NCBI RefSeq assembly: GCF_006345805.1
Contig: NC_042998.1
Span: 140,740,001-140,804,000 of the forward strand
Direction: 5' to 3'
DNA from: Octopus sinensis
Lineage: Eukaryota
DNA length: 64,000 nucleotides
This document shows, piece by piece, positions 26,310 through 40,433 of this stretch; position 1 is the first letter of the stretch, and each line of letters opens with the position of its first letter. The translations under genes were made by a program, and so were the position numbers. The notes under the pieces are model-generated. The model saw nothing but the letters and a program-made list of their open reading frames with translations, was not told where the DNA came from and did not search any database.

Positions 26310-27030
26310 ATTTGTATCTTTGTGGTACCAGTGCCGGTGGCACACAAGAAAACCATCCGAACGTGGCCGTAGCCAGTACCGCATCGACTGGCCTCCGTGC
26401 TGTGGGCACGTAACAAACACCATCCATCTGGCACCTGTGTCGGAGACACATAAAAACATCATCCGAAGACCCGGCAAGACTAGTCAGGCCATAACCCGTG
26501 GCCCCTACCTGGGACATTGTCAGTCAGTTCACCTGTGCATACCTTCCTTCCTTCTTGTGACACTTGTGAAGACCTGTTGAGGCAAGTGAAAATCAAATCA
26601 AATCAAAATAGATGAACATCAATGGAATTTGTATCTTTGTGGTACCAGTGCCGGTGGCACACAAGAAAACCATCCGAACGTGGCCGTAGCCAGTACCGCA
26701 TCGACTGGCCTCCGTGCTGTGGGCACGTAAGAAACACCATCAGATCGTGGCCGTTCGTCAGCCTCGTCTGGCACCTGTGTCGGTGGCACATAAAAACACC
26801 ATCCGAGCGTGGCCGTTCGCCAGCCTCGTCTGGCACCTGTGTCGGTGGCACATAAAATCACCCACTACACTCTCGGAGTGGTTGGCGTTAGGAAGGGCAT
26901 CCAGCTGTAGAAACACTGCCAGATCTGACTGGCCTGGTGCAGCCTTCGGGCTCCCCAGACCCCAGTTGAACCGTCCAACCCATGCTAGCATGGAAAGCGG
27001 ACGTTAAATGATGATGATGATGATGATGAT
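26310..27030 (+). mobile_element. Young GC/CpG-rich non-autonomous retroposon with internal tandem repeats and an RTE-like 3' end with (GAT)n tail (family D)
   Basis: A 104-bp perfect duplicate, two approx. 62-bp units, then ggagtggttggcgttaggaagggcatccagctgtagaaac...ccatgctagcatggaaagcggacgttaaa(tga)n. Shorter 3' ends at about 5980-6240, 11080-11232, 22165-22325, 25360-25530, 29740-29900, 31180-31340, 43530-43740, 49810-49950, 54975-55620 and 58930-59110. The RTE affiliation is from recalled motif similarity. Confidence 0.75.
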
Positions 27031-28462
27031 ACAGGTGAAGGCATGGCTGTGTGGTAAGAAGCTTGTTTCCAGGTTCAATCCTACAGCATGGCAATTTGAG
27101 TGAATATCTTCTACTATAGCAGTGGGCTGACCAAAGCCTTCTGTAGATTTGGTAGACAGAAACTGAGACAAGCCTGTCATATAAAATCTATATGTATATA
27201 TCTGTGTGTGTGCGTCTTGTGTTTATGTCCCCATAACTTAACAGTTCGGCTAAGAAATAAGTTCTTGGATTAATTCGTTCAACTAAAACTCTTCAAGATG
27301 GTGCTCCAGCATGGCTGCAGTCAAATGACTGAAAGAAGTAAAAGATTACAAAAGAAAATAGACTAATTTTTTCCCAAAATCTAGAAAATTTTCACAAGAA
27401 TTATTGGAGCATGGTTTTCTTTTTTCTCTTTTATATATGAATGCTCTTTCTAATACCAACTACTCACCTGTGAAATGGGAGTGGTACCTGCATTCAGTTA
27501 GATAGACACACAAAATAAATGCAACAAATCTTGTTTCAGAGGTCATGGTGTCATGATAGTGACTTTTTGAGTGTATAGCTATCTTTAGAATGTTATTTTT
27601 TTTTTTTTTATGACACACTCAGGCAAAAAAGGTAATACAACAGCACCACCTCCACAGTCACCATTAGCATTTACAGGAGAAAGTTGAATGACCATAGGAA
27701 TGCACCTAGAAAGTTGTTTTGTGGAAGACCAGCAGTCACCCATGCATACCAGCCTTCCCTCTCCACATCACCGATTGTTGTCTACAGAAAAGGTAAAGGC
27801 CGATACAGTTTGGCACCAGTGGTGTTGCAACTCATTTCTATACCTGAGTGAACTGGAGCAATGTGAAATAAAGTGACTTGCTCAAGAACACAACACGTCT
27901 GGTCTGGGAATCAAACTCACTACCTCATGATTGTAAGCCTGACGCTCTAACCACTGAGCCATGCCTTCAGACTAGGTACCTGGCTAAAATCGTCAGTTTC
28001 CACACAGTAAAAGCTAACCACAAGGAAATATAGATAATTTCAGTAGTAGAAATGTATCATTTATCTATTATTTGTTTCAGTAGTGAGTGCAGCTATGCTG
28101 GGGCACACCCTGAAGAATTTTTAGTAGAATGAATTCTGTTTCTATTTGTTTATAAAAGATACATTTCTGCAATTGAAATTATCCATTCCCTTGTGGTTAA
28201 CTAACCATGTGGAAACCAAGAAAACTCAGTTCTGAGCATTTGAGATACAGGAGCCAAGTTAATTCCTTTTTCATAGAGGGTTTCTTTCCAGAAGAATTTG
28301 TCACATTTTCATATGATGTAGGAGGACACATTTTATTTTACTGACCAATAAAAAGAGGTTGTGAAAATTGATTTGCGTATGATTGACATGTTACATCTCC
28401 AGTGCAGGGAGGGTTAACATCTTTTAGCAGTAGCTGTACCAACCCTTTGTCAAATGAATTCT

Positions 28463-28872
28463 TTAACCCTTTAGTATTCATATTACTCTGTCAAATAACA
28501 TGCTTATTTATACACAGTTTGGAATTAATCATGCATTATCTTGTAGCTTTGAGATTTCAATGATGTGATTTTTTATTCTTAGAATGACATTGCAGGGTAG
28601 GCGTGAGAGGACATAAAACAGGTAGAATATTTGGGCTGGATATGACCAGTTTAAATGCTAAAAGGTTAAACCGGCCACATCTAGCCCAAATATTCTTTCT
28701 GTTTTATGTTCAAAGTGGCCATATCAGGCTTCTCACACTTACCCAACAATGCCATTCTAAACAGTCATGTCATTGAAATCTAACTGCTACAAGGTAATAC
28801 ATGAGTAATTCAAAATAATGTGAACAAATAAGCATTGCATTTTACACAGAAATCTGAATGTTAAAGAGATAA
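28463..28872. mobile_element. Head-to-head inverted pair of approx. 200-bp piggyBac-like MITEs
   Basis: TTAA|CCCTTTAG...CTAAAAGG|TTAA (28467-28665), followed directly by a reverse-oriented copy. Single copies with TTAA flanks at 13322-13515, 44716-44919 and 59423-59651. Confidence 0.7.
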
Positions 28873-29135
28873 GGACAGGGCATGATGGTTGGTGGGTGGG
28901 AGACACATTATGGGTGAGGAGGAGTTGAGGGGGAGTAGGGGATTCTTGAGTAGTGGTGAGAGAAGACCAAACAGAGACAGCTGTAGTAGCAGTAAAATAG
29001 TAATAGAAAAAGGGCAGGGAGGGGAGACAGCATGTCTTTGGAGCAGAAATGCAAAGTGTGACTGCTGATCAATTCAACATCTTACTATTCAAAGAATGCC
29101 ATTATCAGCATATTCTTAAGAAAAGCAATAAATAA

Positions 29136-29172
<37 letters not shown>

Positions 29173-31479
29173 AACAGTATTCAGATCACCAAAATGGAAT
29201 TTATATTAAAGAAAAAAAATTACAATTCTCTGAGAGAAGATATATTTCAAAATATCCATAAAACTCCTTCAGTATTTTTGTTCCCGAAATAAAAATTCTT
29301 TCGCTTCACCTTCTCTGTGCCCTACTATATGTGGTGTGAGTGTGTGTAGGCATAGCTGCGTGGTAAGAAGCTGGTTTCCCAGCCACATGGTTCTGGGTTT
29401 AGTCTCACTGCTTGGCACCTTGGGTGAGTGTCTTCAAATACAGTCTTGGCCAACCAGAGACTTGCTAGTGGATTTAGCAGACAGAAACTGAAAGGAAGCC
29501 ATCACCTTACTGGTACATAAAAAAGCACCTTTTGAGGGCTTTATGGAGGAAGGTGGTTGATGCTGGTGGCATGTAAAAAGCACCTTTTGAGTGTTAGGCC
29601 TCACAGAGGCAATGATGAATGACCGAGACCTTTGACATTATGCAGTACTTGTGAAGAAGACCAGTCAAGCCAAGTAAAATTGCAGCTGTGGCAGATACTT
29701 GTGTCATGCAAATGGCACCCATGCCAGTGGCACATAAAAGAACCCATTACACTCAGAGTGGTTGGTGTTGAGAAGAGCATCCTGCTATAGAAACCATGGC
29801 CCAATCAGATTGGCATTTGGTGCAGCCTTCCAGTTTGCCAGCCCTGATCAAACTGCAACCCATGCCAGCATGGACAACAGACATGATGATGATGATGTGT
29901 GTGTGTATCTGTGTTTGTCTACTCTCCACCACTTGTCAATGGTGTCGACATGCTTACATCCCTGTAACTTTGCAATTTGGTAACAGACATCAATAGAATA
30001 AGTACAAGGCTAAAAAAAAGTACTGGGGTTGATTCATTTGACTAAAAATTCAAGGCAATGCCCTAGCATGGCCACAGTCTAATGACTGAAACAAGATATA
30101 TGTAAATCATCGTCGTCATTTAATGTCTGTTTTTCATGCCAGACAATAGCTCTGAAGTTTCTGATTGCTTGATTTTGCCAGGACAGTCTGATGGAGGCAA
30201 GCAAGCTGAAACTTCAAAGTTACTATCAAACTTTTCCTTGTAAAAAGTTTAATATAAACATGTACTCTACCAAAAAGTAAAGAGTAATCCATCAGTTTAA
30301 TGTTAACTTGTTTTTATATATAAGCTGACATAAAACAAACACACACACACACACACGCGTGTGTGTGCGTGTTTTGTATTTACACATTATTTCTCAATTC
30401 TGTTACTATTTGTTTATAAAAGAGGATTTTCCGTTTGCTCTGGAATATTTTAAACCAATCCAGAATTAATCTTTCAAAGCATTCACTTCAGATCACATAG
30501 AGAGAGAGGGAGGGAGGGAGCCAGCAGACAGAAAGAGAATGTAAAGGAAGCACAACAGACAGGGAGTAGTAGTTTAGTAGTAACTAGAAAGAAGGCAAGA
30601 ACACAAACAACTAAATTTCTTCATACTTCACCCACCCCCATTGGTACTCTCTGCACACACTACCTTAGTCACTTCAATAAACATTCACCAAACTACAAGT
30701 GGCGCCAATGAAATGCTTGGCTGGCATTAAGCCAATTCTGAGGGCATCAGAAGCCTCTGCTATCTTTTAATCTCTTGAATGGCTTACTGGACTAATAGCT
30801 CTAAGCAGTGGTGTATTCGCAAAACAACAAATAAGTTCTGAGCAATGGTGCATGGCAAAAGACAAATGTAGAAGATGGTTAGCATACCATTCAACAAGAT
30901 AAGAGAGCAGCACTGTGGAGGAGGAGGAGGGGAAGAAACAGAGGCAGCTAAACAATATTAACTGAATACAACCCCAAATAACTAAAGTGTTACAGTTATG
31001 GTCACAGACGCAAACTATTTTGTCACTGTCAAAAAATTTAACGATAAAATACTAATAAAATAAGAGACGACTTCTACAAGGAATCTTCACAGCTCAGAAA
31101 GCAACAACGGGATCCATATTACTTTAAGGAAAAAATGCTGTTGGTTGCAAAAGATTTAAAGGAAGTTAAACCATCATCATCATCATCATTATTTTAATGT
31201 CAGTTTTTCTATGCTGGCATGGGTTGGATGGTTTGACAGGATCCAACGAGTCACAAGGATGCGTAAAGCTCCAATGTTAACTTTTGGCATTGTTTTTACA
31301 GCTGGATACCCATCCTAATGCTAATCACTTTATAGTGTAGGTGCTTTTTTTTCCTACTGGAAACTTGCTCTGTATAATTCACCAACAGCCCTCCACTCTT
31401 CATATGAATCCCAAAATTAAAATGTCCACATTCAAGGCCCCTCACTATTGTCTCTTGTATCAGAAACATAATCACAGCA

Positions 31480-31990
31480 TAAGCACATGAAGTTTTCTCT
31501 CAACATACTATCGACATTCAAAGATCATCAATAATGTTCACATACGCAGCTGATATTACCCTTCATTTCAGTCTAATCTTCTACATGCAACCTAGACATC
31601 TCACAGCAAACCTGTGTTATCCCCACAAACAGAGAGTTTGGCAACATTCCCTAAAGAATCTTGTATCCTTCAATAACACAAAAATCCAATCACAGCACAT
31701 ATGAAGTAAACCCCGCTGTACACCAGCCACTCCTAGTTGTGGACAACACTCAAATGAAACCTTCCTAAATCATTGAGGATCTCTTCTTGCGACTTCACGT
31801 CCTACAACTAAGCAATACTTTGGTAACCAACAGTTGCTAAAAAGGCACAAGTGACACCTCTGTGACATGATATTCTGGCTGCATACACAGATGTCTCTGA
31901 CCACAACCAGGCAAAAAAGCCATCAGAGTGATTGACAAGAGTTAGTTGTTCACCAATGTACTGTCTTCTCGCTTTGCTTTTCTACTAATA
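31480..31990 (+). pseudogene. Decayed CR1/L2-like LINE reverse-transcriptase remnant
   Basis: Frame from 31537 reads FTYAADITLH...W..SLKNLVSFNNTKIQ, i.e. a decayed YADD followed by the W..N...FN.SKT motif. Boundaries are approximate. Confidence 0.6.
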
Positions 31991-34900
31991 CTACAGTGGT
32001 ACTGGCACCTTGTAACTGATTCTTATCTTCTTGAGTCACATTAATTCATAAGGGCAAATTTCCCAGTTTCCAAAGCGTATGTAAATTCCCTACAGAGACA
32101 GGATGCCGGTCCATCACAAGATTACTCATTTTTGCCAGCTGAATGGACTGGAGGAAACTGAAACAAAGAGTTTTGCTCAAAAACAACACGTTGCCTGATC
32201 CAGGAATCAAAACCACAATCCTACGATCAAGAGTTCAACATCCTAACCACTAAGCCATGCATCTCCCTTGTAATTGACTGATCTTGCACTACCTCTATTC
32301 AGTCATGCTTGCGTAGATAAGAAGCTTGTTTCCCAACCATATGGTCTTGGGTTCAGTCCCACTACAAGTGTCTTCTACTATAGCCCAAGTATAACCAAAG
32401 CCTTGTCAGTGGATTTGGTCGATGGAAATTCTCAGGTGTTACTCATTTCCTCCTGTCACCTATATTATGACTGCCTTTTCCATCCAGACTCAACACTAAA
32501 CACTAATTCCAACCATTTTTTCCCAATACATTCTACCTCAGGAATCCATCCCTGCCATATTTTCCTTACAATCATCACCCTGTGATTATTCAAGAATGTC
32601 AACCACATTGAACTCATCTGCGTTGAAGAGCTGATAAAGGCCACAGAACAGCCCCTTCTTTCATTGCAAACTCTTTAACACATGCACAGAGTCCCGTGAT
32701 GTTGTATAGAGTGTTTCTAAATGAAGTTGGTACATTACTACACTCATTAAAAATTTGAAGGCCATCAAAACAATGCACAAGTAAATGAGATAAGAAACAC
32801 CTTAATAAAGTCAATCAGTATATCTGAAATGCAACTGGATTAATATAATTTAAACCCATTATATTATTGAAAAGATAATTGAATTTGTCATTATGAACTA
32901 AGTTCAGCTCATTCATAATTCATTTTACTTGTTTTATTTATTTATTTTATGAAGTCTTATAATGCTGAAACTAAATTAAATATCAATGATTGCTACAACT
33001 GGGATTTATTTTCTGTGTTAACAAAAACAAAAAATAAATAAAAACTAGGAGGTGTGGCTCTGTGGTAAGAAGCTTGTTTCCCAACCATATGGTTCCAGGT
33101 TCAATCCCACTGAGTGGCACCTTGGGCAACTGTCTCCTATTACAGCCTCAGCCAACCAAAGCTTTGTGAGTAGATTTGGGAGACGGAAACTGAAAGAAGC
33201 CTATCATGTGTGTCTGTTTCCCACCACCACTTGACAACCAGTGTTAGTATGTTTAACTAGCAGTTCAGCAAAAGAGACTGATAGAATAAGCATTAGGCAT
33301 AAAAAAAAGTCCTGGAGTCAATTTGTTCAACTAAAACCCTTCAAGGTTGTGCCCCAGCATGGCCACAGTCAACTCACTGGAACTAGTAAAAGATAAAAAG
33401 GTGCAGGTGTAATCGTGTGGTTAGGAAATTTGCTTTCCAATCAGTTCCAGGTTCAGTTCCACTGTGTGGCATCTTGGGCAAATGTTTTTTACTATAGCAT
33501 TGGCTTGATCAAAGCTTTGGGAATGGATTTGAAAATTGAAAACGTGTGTGTGTGTGTGCGCGTGCGTGTGTGCGTGTGTGTGTTGCTATTCTTTGCCATG
33601 ACATCATATGACAACTGTAAATGAGTGCCATACAAGGGGTAACCTTTATTTCACAGAAATGTCTGACCATCAAGTAATGTTATTTAGAAATAGATGAGGG
33701 TTGGCAACAGTAAGTGAATCTGGCCATGTAAAACCTGGCACAACAAATTCGTCCGTCCGACCTGTGTGAACATGGAAAAGAGATCAATTGCTTGTGTCAG
33801 TCACTGGGCATGCTAGGGCACTGCTTTGAAGGGTTTAGGCAAACTGACTTCAGTACTTATTTTTGAAGTCTGGTACATATTCTATTAGCTAATTTTGCTG
33901 TAACTGCTAAGTTATGGAGATGTAAACAAACCAATATTCCTTTATGAAGAGGTGCTGGGGAGGGCAAACAAATGCTAGGACATACACACACACATCTGAA
34001 ACCCTAACAAAATATAGTGTTGTTCTATTTACTTTCACATGATCAAAAGAAGTGCAAAGGTCATTTCTGAGGTACCATTTCCTTGCTCCTCTCTTCTAGT
34101 TGGATCAAGTAAGTTATTGGTCACACAGCATAATAATGTTCAATCTATATCTTGTTGCCTCAGGCTTTGCACATCTTGATACACAATCTTATATCTTTTA
34201 CTTGTTCCAGTCATTAGACTGCAGCCATGCTGGGCACTGCCTTGAAGAATTTGTAGTTGAATGAAGTGATATCAGTATTTTTTTCTTTTAAGCATGGTAC
34301 TCGACATTCTATTAAAATCCTTGTTAATTGTAGTCATTTTGAACAGGTCAGCTTTACCTGCCTCTATTACAGTTGTTACTTTTCAAGTGAGACAGACACA
34401 AAAGCTAAGTTGAGGCTGCAATGTGTCTAGTTAATTCCCCCCACTACATGTCTTTTTTTGTCTTTAATGCTTTTGATAGCAATGCACCTGAGACTGACCC
34501 CTATTCTATGATACAAGCTTTCTGCTTTAAAGTGGTCTAAATTAAAAGCTTCTATTGAAATTTCATGTTTAGGTTCCAAACATCAGCTGAATAACAACAG
34601 TCATTTTATCAAATTATTCATTATTTTCAAAATGAATTGAAACAAAGCCAGCATATTGCAGCAGAAATATAACAAAAACTTGTGATTAGAATTCCAAGTT
34701 TCATTTATGTTCCAAACACCAGCTTAATAATGACAAAGTTATTTCACTAAATACTTCATTATTCACAAAATTATTTGAAACAAAGGGAGCATATTTCAAC
34801 GGAAATATGGTAACAAAACACTTAGAGAGGATCTAAATTAAAATCTTCCATCAAAATCTTATGTTATGTCCCAAACACAAGCTCAACAATGGTAAGGTCA

Positions 34901-36199
34901 GTTTACTAAATTCTTCATTATTTTCAAAATTATTTGAAACAAAAGCAGTGTATTTCAAGAGAAAAATTATAACAAAAGAGGTCAATACAAAATTGCTGGA
35001 CCAGAGTTCGACACTAAGTTTAACCACATCGTATAGGGAATCAATCTATTTGGAAAATAATTGATTTAAAATGTTAGTGTTCAGGAGAATATCCAGATTT
35101 AAAACCCTCATCATTATAATCATAATAATACAGGCTTCTTACAGTTCTCATCAATGAAATTCACTTACCCAAGGTACCATACAGAGGTACTGAACCTGAA
35201 ATCATGTGGTTTGGAAGCAATCTTCTTACCACACAACCATGCTAATGCCAACAATAATCTACATGCAAATGTTAAAAACCTGAAAAATTGTTTAAAAACC
35301 CATAAAACCAAACTAGCTTTTACCTTGAATTTTCAAATTATTTTATGTACAAAAGGTGTGTGTGTGTGTAACTACAATCTAAAATTAGAAAGAAGAAATT
35401 GTAACTAGGATTTGAGAGAAAGAAGAGATAAACTAGAGTAAACGTAGTGAAATGATTAAAAGAATAAATAAATAAACAAAAGAAATTTAAAGATGGTTCT
35501 TGAAGTTTAGCAGAAGAGGAGTATTGGAGAGAGAGAAACAGTAATATATATATATAAATAAAAGTAGGTCAATGCTGCTAGCATTCCAACCTGGAAATAT
35601 TTGATCTAGAAAGCTTATTGTAACATGAAAGAGAAAAGAGCGACAAAAGAATAGAACCAGCAATAACAGTCACAGCAGCAACAACAACAATAAAACTAGA
35701 ATAATAATAATGATTGAGTAGATGAAAAAAAAAAATCTAAATGCTGGGTAGTAGACCATATATATGTACATATATACATATATATATACACACACACACA
35801 CACACATATATATATGTGTATATATATATATATATAGGGATGTTCAACACCTGTAGAAGCAAATGTTTGAGAAAGAAGTGCCCAAACACTTAAAGGAGAA
35901 GGGCTAAGGTAAGGTGAAATGATAAAGCTAAGTTATACAGATCTGAGCTGATGGTATTAGAAAGAAAAGGAATTTAGGACGAAATGCATTAATGAACTTC
36001 CGAGTTACAGATAAAGCAAACTAATTTTTTTTTAACCACCCACCCTCTACTCCCACCCACACAAAAGGAAAGAAAGAAAAAACTAAGAATCCAATCTTGA
36101 TAATGAGAATTTAATACAAAAATAATGGGGAGGGGGGAGATTTGGGAAAAGATAAAAAATAGATTATTAACATTCATTAGCACAAAGCAATGCTACATA

Positions 36200-36248
<49 letters not shown>

Positions 36249-36934
36249 TTACACACATACACACACAAATAGATACACACACAGGCACTTAGAATTTTAC
36301 CCTTCTCTAGCAGATTGTCTGGTAGTTTAGAGGAACTTGGTGAAAAAAAATTTCCAGAAAAACATTTAAAATCTATCCTTAACTCTTTCATGTCAACCTT
36401 AGAATAATTTGTTAATTTTACATCTGCTTTTTTTTCCCCCTGGTAACATGGATCAGACATATGTATATCATTTAGGCATATTTTTCTACAGTCAGATGCC
36501 TTTCTTATTGCTAATCCTTTATCTTTGAAAGTGCAGAGTCATCAGACAAATTGTTGACAGTATAATGTCAACAAATATCACCACTTGGCTATCAACAGCA
36601 TGTAGAATGTAAGCATTCACATACATTGGTACATATATATATATATATATATTTGGATATATATATATATATTTCTTTTTTAATTGGTAGATGTTACAAA
36701 GTGATGCAAATTACTTTGTAAATTGTTTGACTTAATAGAAAGACTAGAGGACACCAGTTCAAGGTTCTGCACACACAGACTAAACCTGAAGTCATGTGGT
36801 TACTTTGTGAACTCAAAACCACACAGTCATGCATGCACTTGTGTGCGTTTCAGTTTATTTTCAAAATAATCAAAAAAATTTCTTACAATAGCAAAGAAGT
36901 AATAAATGAGATCTGGGTTGCAATTTTAATGATG

Positions 36935-36969
<35 letters not shown>

Positions 36970-37925
36970 CTTTTTAAATATAAATGGTTTGGTAACCTGA
37001 GACCAGAAAGGGCCTTGCAATGAATAAGTTAGGGGTTGCCAGTGCATGCATTACAGCACATGTTTTATTATGAGTAAATGTTGTTGCAGATGTTACTAAG
37101 ACGTGCTCCCACTAGGAGAGAGTCTCTATGCAGTCACTTAATCTGCTAAAAATAGCAACCAAATTTCCTTCAAATCATGCAGTACTATCTTACAAAAGAT
37201 GGACAAATATCAATGTAGTCCCAATATATACAATATGACAGGATGGTCATATTTGAACTGGTTTTAGATCATAGCCACCTATTTGATCTATGTTGACTTA
37301 GGACTAAACAAAACTATGTATCTGTGATAAAGGTGTGATGATAAAATAAAAAACACCTTTGTTGTTTTCTCTGACTATCATAACATGGTAACACGATTCT
37401 TGTCCTTAGGTAGCAACTGCTATTTTCTATTTGCTTACTCCTAGAATGGCTTAGTGGCCAGGGTGTTGGACTCGTGATTGTAAAATTGTGGTTTCAATTC
37501 ATGGACTGGGCGACGTCATGTTCTTGAGCAAAACACTATTTCACATTGCCCCAGTCCACTCAGCTGGCAAAAATGAGTAATCATGTGACTGACCAGAGTC
37601 CGGTCCAGTGGAGGATTTATATGCTATGGAAACCCGGCCCTTATAAGTTGGAATAACTCAAGATAATTTTACTTTTTACTTTATTATTTTTAAGTATGAA
37701 AAATGGCTGATATTTCTTTTAATCTTTGCTTTTATTGCATCAATTCACTCCACCCCCACCCCAAATCCCTCTCAACATATGGCTACGATGTTCCCCCACT
37801 ACTCCTGCTCATGAGCAGAGATACACATATTGTCAGCCACAAAGGGACAAGCTCAAGTTGTTACGGTCAAGCAACTGACAAGCAAATCTGGTATGGAGCA
37901 GAATATTTGCTATAACAGTATTCCT

Positions 37926-38148
37926 GCTGGCAGAAACATTAGCACCCCGGGTGAAATACTTAGTGGTATTTCATCTACCATTATGTTCTGAGTTCAAATT
38001 CCGCCAAGGTTGATTTTGCCTTTCATCCTTTCGGGGTCGATTAAATAAGTACCAGTTACACACTGGGGTTAATGTAATTGACTTAATCCCTTTGTCTGTC
38101 CTTGTTTGTCCCCACTATGTTTACCCCTCTGTGGGCAATAAAGAAATA
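37926..38148 (+). mobile_element. Family-A SINE (another plus-strand copy at 63494-63690)
   Basis: gctggcagaaacattagc...gagttcaaattccgccaagg...gtaccagttacacactgggg...taaagaaata. Confidence 0.85.
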
Positions 38149-39630
38149 AATATTCCAACTTCAACAACTCAACACTGAATCTGTTTGAAATGTATTGAAA
38201 ATATCAGATTCAAAACATTGATGTCCAGGTCACAGAGTTTGAAGGAAATAGTAGTCATTTCCTTTGATTTCTAGAAGCAAATAGAAAAATTACACTTACT
38301 GACCAAAGACAAAAAAAAAAAAAAAGTCACACTGTAATCCTAACAACCACACTTACATTGGGTTGTGCAATACAAAACCCTTCAAAATTTTGCAAATTAG
38401 ATCTCCAAAACAGGTGCACACAGGGCTGTGTGATTAAAAAGCTTGCCTCCTAACTATGGTTTGGGGTTCAGTTCTACTGCATGGCATTTTGGTTAAGTAT
38501 CTTATGCTTATAGCTTTGAGGAGTTAATTTGGTAGATGGAAACTAAATGCAAAAGCAGTAAATACAAACGAATACTTCCACAGAAACATGGTAGTGAAAG
38601 GGATAGAAACATTAGCTGCTTAACAATAAATGCTAAAGTTTACATAAACTTGTAAGTCTATAACAGGCTTTCAGACATGTAAAAGAGAATACTAACCAAT
38701 CATGCCTTATAATAGTTTGGTCTAATTCGACAATATATATATATATATATATATACAATAACATGAAAGGAAATGAGCATTTTATATACATATAACTTAT
38801 GAATAAATTTAAATAATTAAAAATATCGAGCACACCTTTTATCTCATTGTGTCTAGCACTTTCTATTTAGTTACAGCACAAATACATGTTCTTTTCATCC
38901 GACGGTATGTGTGAATGAGGTTGACTTAGTACTGACTGACTTGTCTGACCTTATAACCTTTCAAGATTGCTGGCAAACTTTCAAAGCATGTCTATAACAC
39001 TTGCTTAGTAAACTGAATTCATTTCCTAACTGAGCGTTCAGTCCAGTGACAATAACAAGAGTTTGATGTAGTTTAGTATGAGACATGTGACACAAGCTGT
39101 GCATCCAATGCTAACTGGATGCATATTTGTAGCTTTAATTTTCCTTGTATCTCAATATTTTATTGTCAATTTAATATGTAGTCATACACATGGGTGTGTG
39201 GCAAAGTTTGCTTCCCAACCACATGGTTCTGAGTTCAGTCCCACTACATGGTACCTTGAGCGTCTTCTACTATAGCCCAGGTGGACCAAAACCTGAGTGG
39301 ATTTGGTAGACAGAAACTAAAAGAAAGCTGTAATATATATATCACGTGACCGACTAGGCTATCAGATGTTGCTACACATTGCTTGACACAATGTGCTTTG
39401 CATTGTTTTAGCCTTCAACTGATGCCACCTTGCTGGCAAAGCAAGCAGCCCAACAGTGAAAGAGTACAGCAGGGATCGCCACCACCCGCTGCCGGAGCCC
39501 TGTGGAGCTTTAGGCGTTTTCTCTCAATAAACACTCACAACGCCCAGTCTGGGAATCAAAACCGCAATCCTACAACCGCAAGTTCGCTGCCCTAACCACT
39601 GGGCCATTGCACCTCCAATTATATATATAT

Positions 39631-39661
<31 letters not shown>

Positions 39662-39669
<8 letters not shown>

Positions 39670-40433
39670 AGCAAAACAAGGTGGAAAAAATAGTACTCAA
39701 ATACCAAAGGTGGAGTAATATACATTTGGTGATAAAAATGAAACATCCAGTCAACATCATGGTATTTGGAGCGATCACTCGTGATAGCAACATTATGCCT
39801 CCATTCATCTTTCCATATAGCCTCAGACTCAACGCAGAGGCCTACATCAAGTACCTGGAGGAGGTAGTGCTGCTCTAGGTCAAGAGAGTGGCTGCTGGAA
39901 GACCCTATGTCTGGCAACAGGGCTCTGCACCATGCCACACAAACAGGAGAACCTTGTCATGGCTGTCACACAATTTCTGGGACCACATCACCCTTAGTAT
40001 CTGGCCACCTAACTCCTCAGACTGCAACCCCTCTGATTATTATGTGCAGGGTGCAGTTGAGCAAAAGACCAACAAAACTCCTTGTAACACCAAAAATGAA
40101 TTGAAGGCAAAGATTATGGCAGCATTCACCATCTTAAAACAAGGAGACCACCCAGAAGAATTGCAGGAGATTCTTTCAGTTTCTGTCTATCAAATCCACT
40201 CAGGTTTTGGTCCAGCTGGGCTATAGTAGAAGACGCCCAAGGTACCATGCAGTAGGACTGAACTCAGAGTTACAGGACGTGGTTGAAGCCAACGGTAATG
40301 TTATTGAATAAATCTACTCTTTAGTACTTTAAGATATTTTTATGTAATTTTGGTAAATATATCTGTTAAAATTACAAGTCAGTGTTATTTTCATTTTTGC
40401 TTAATTTAGACAATTTATTCACCACACCCTGTG
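39662..40433 (+). pseudogene. Decayed maT-family (DD37D) Tc1/mariner transposase with a nested SINE fragment
   Basis: Translation KHPVNIMVFGAIT...PPFIFP..L*VKRVAAGRPYVWQQ(G)SAPCH...WPPNSSDCNPSDY. There are 37 residues between the second catalytic position (D>G at 39921) and the third D. Stop at 39876-39878. SINE fragment at about 40172-40268. Right end ...caccctgtg|TA. Confidence 0.88.

Noticed and set aside
26277-27094. Cluster of overlapping 66-97 aa ORFs
   Set aside because: They are by-products of a GC-rich repeat with internal duplications; no RT or endonuclease motifs.
30788-30947. Possible 160-nt poison cassette exon between the two Axin coding exons (tttAG ... CCA|GTAAGC)
   Set aside because: Weak pyrimidine tract and no homology; such site pairs arise by chance in 25 kb.
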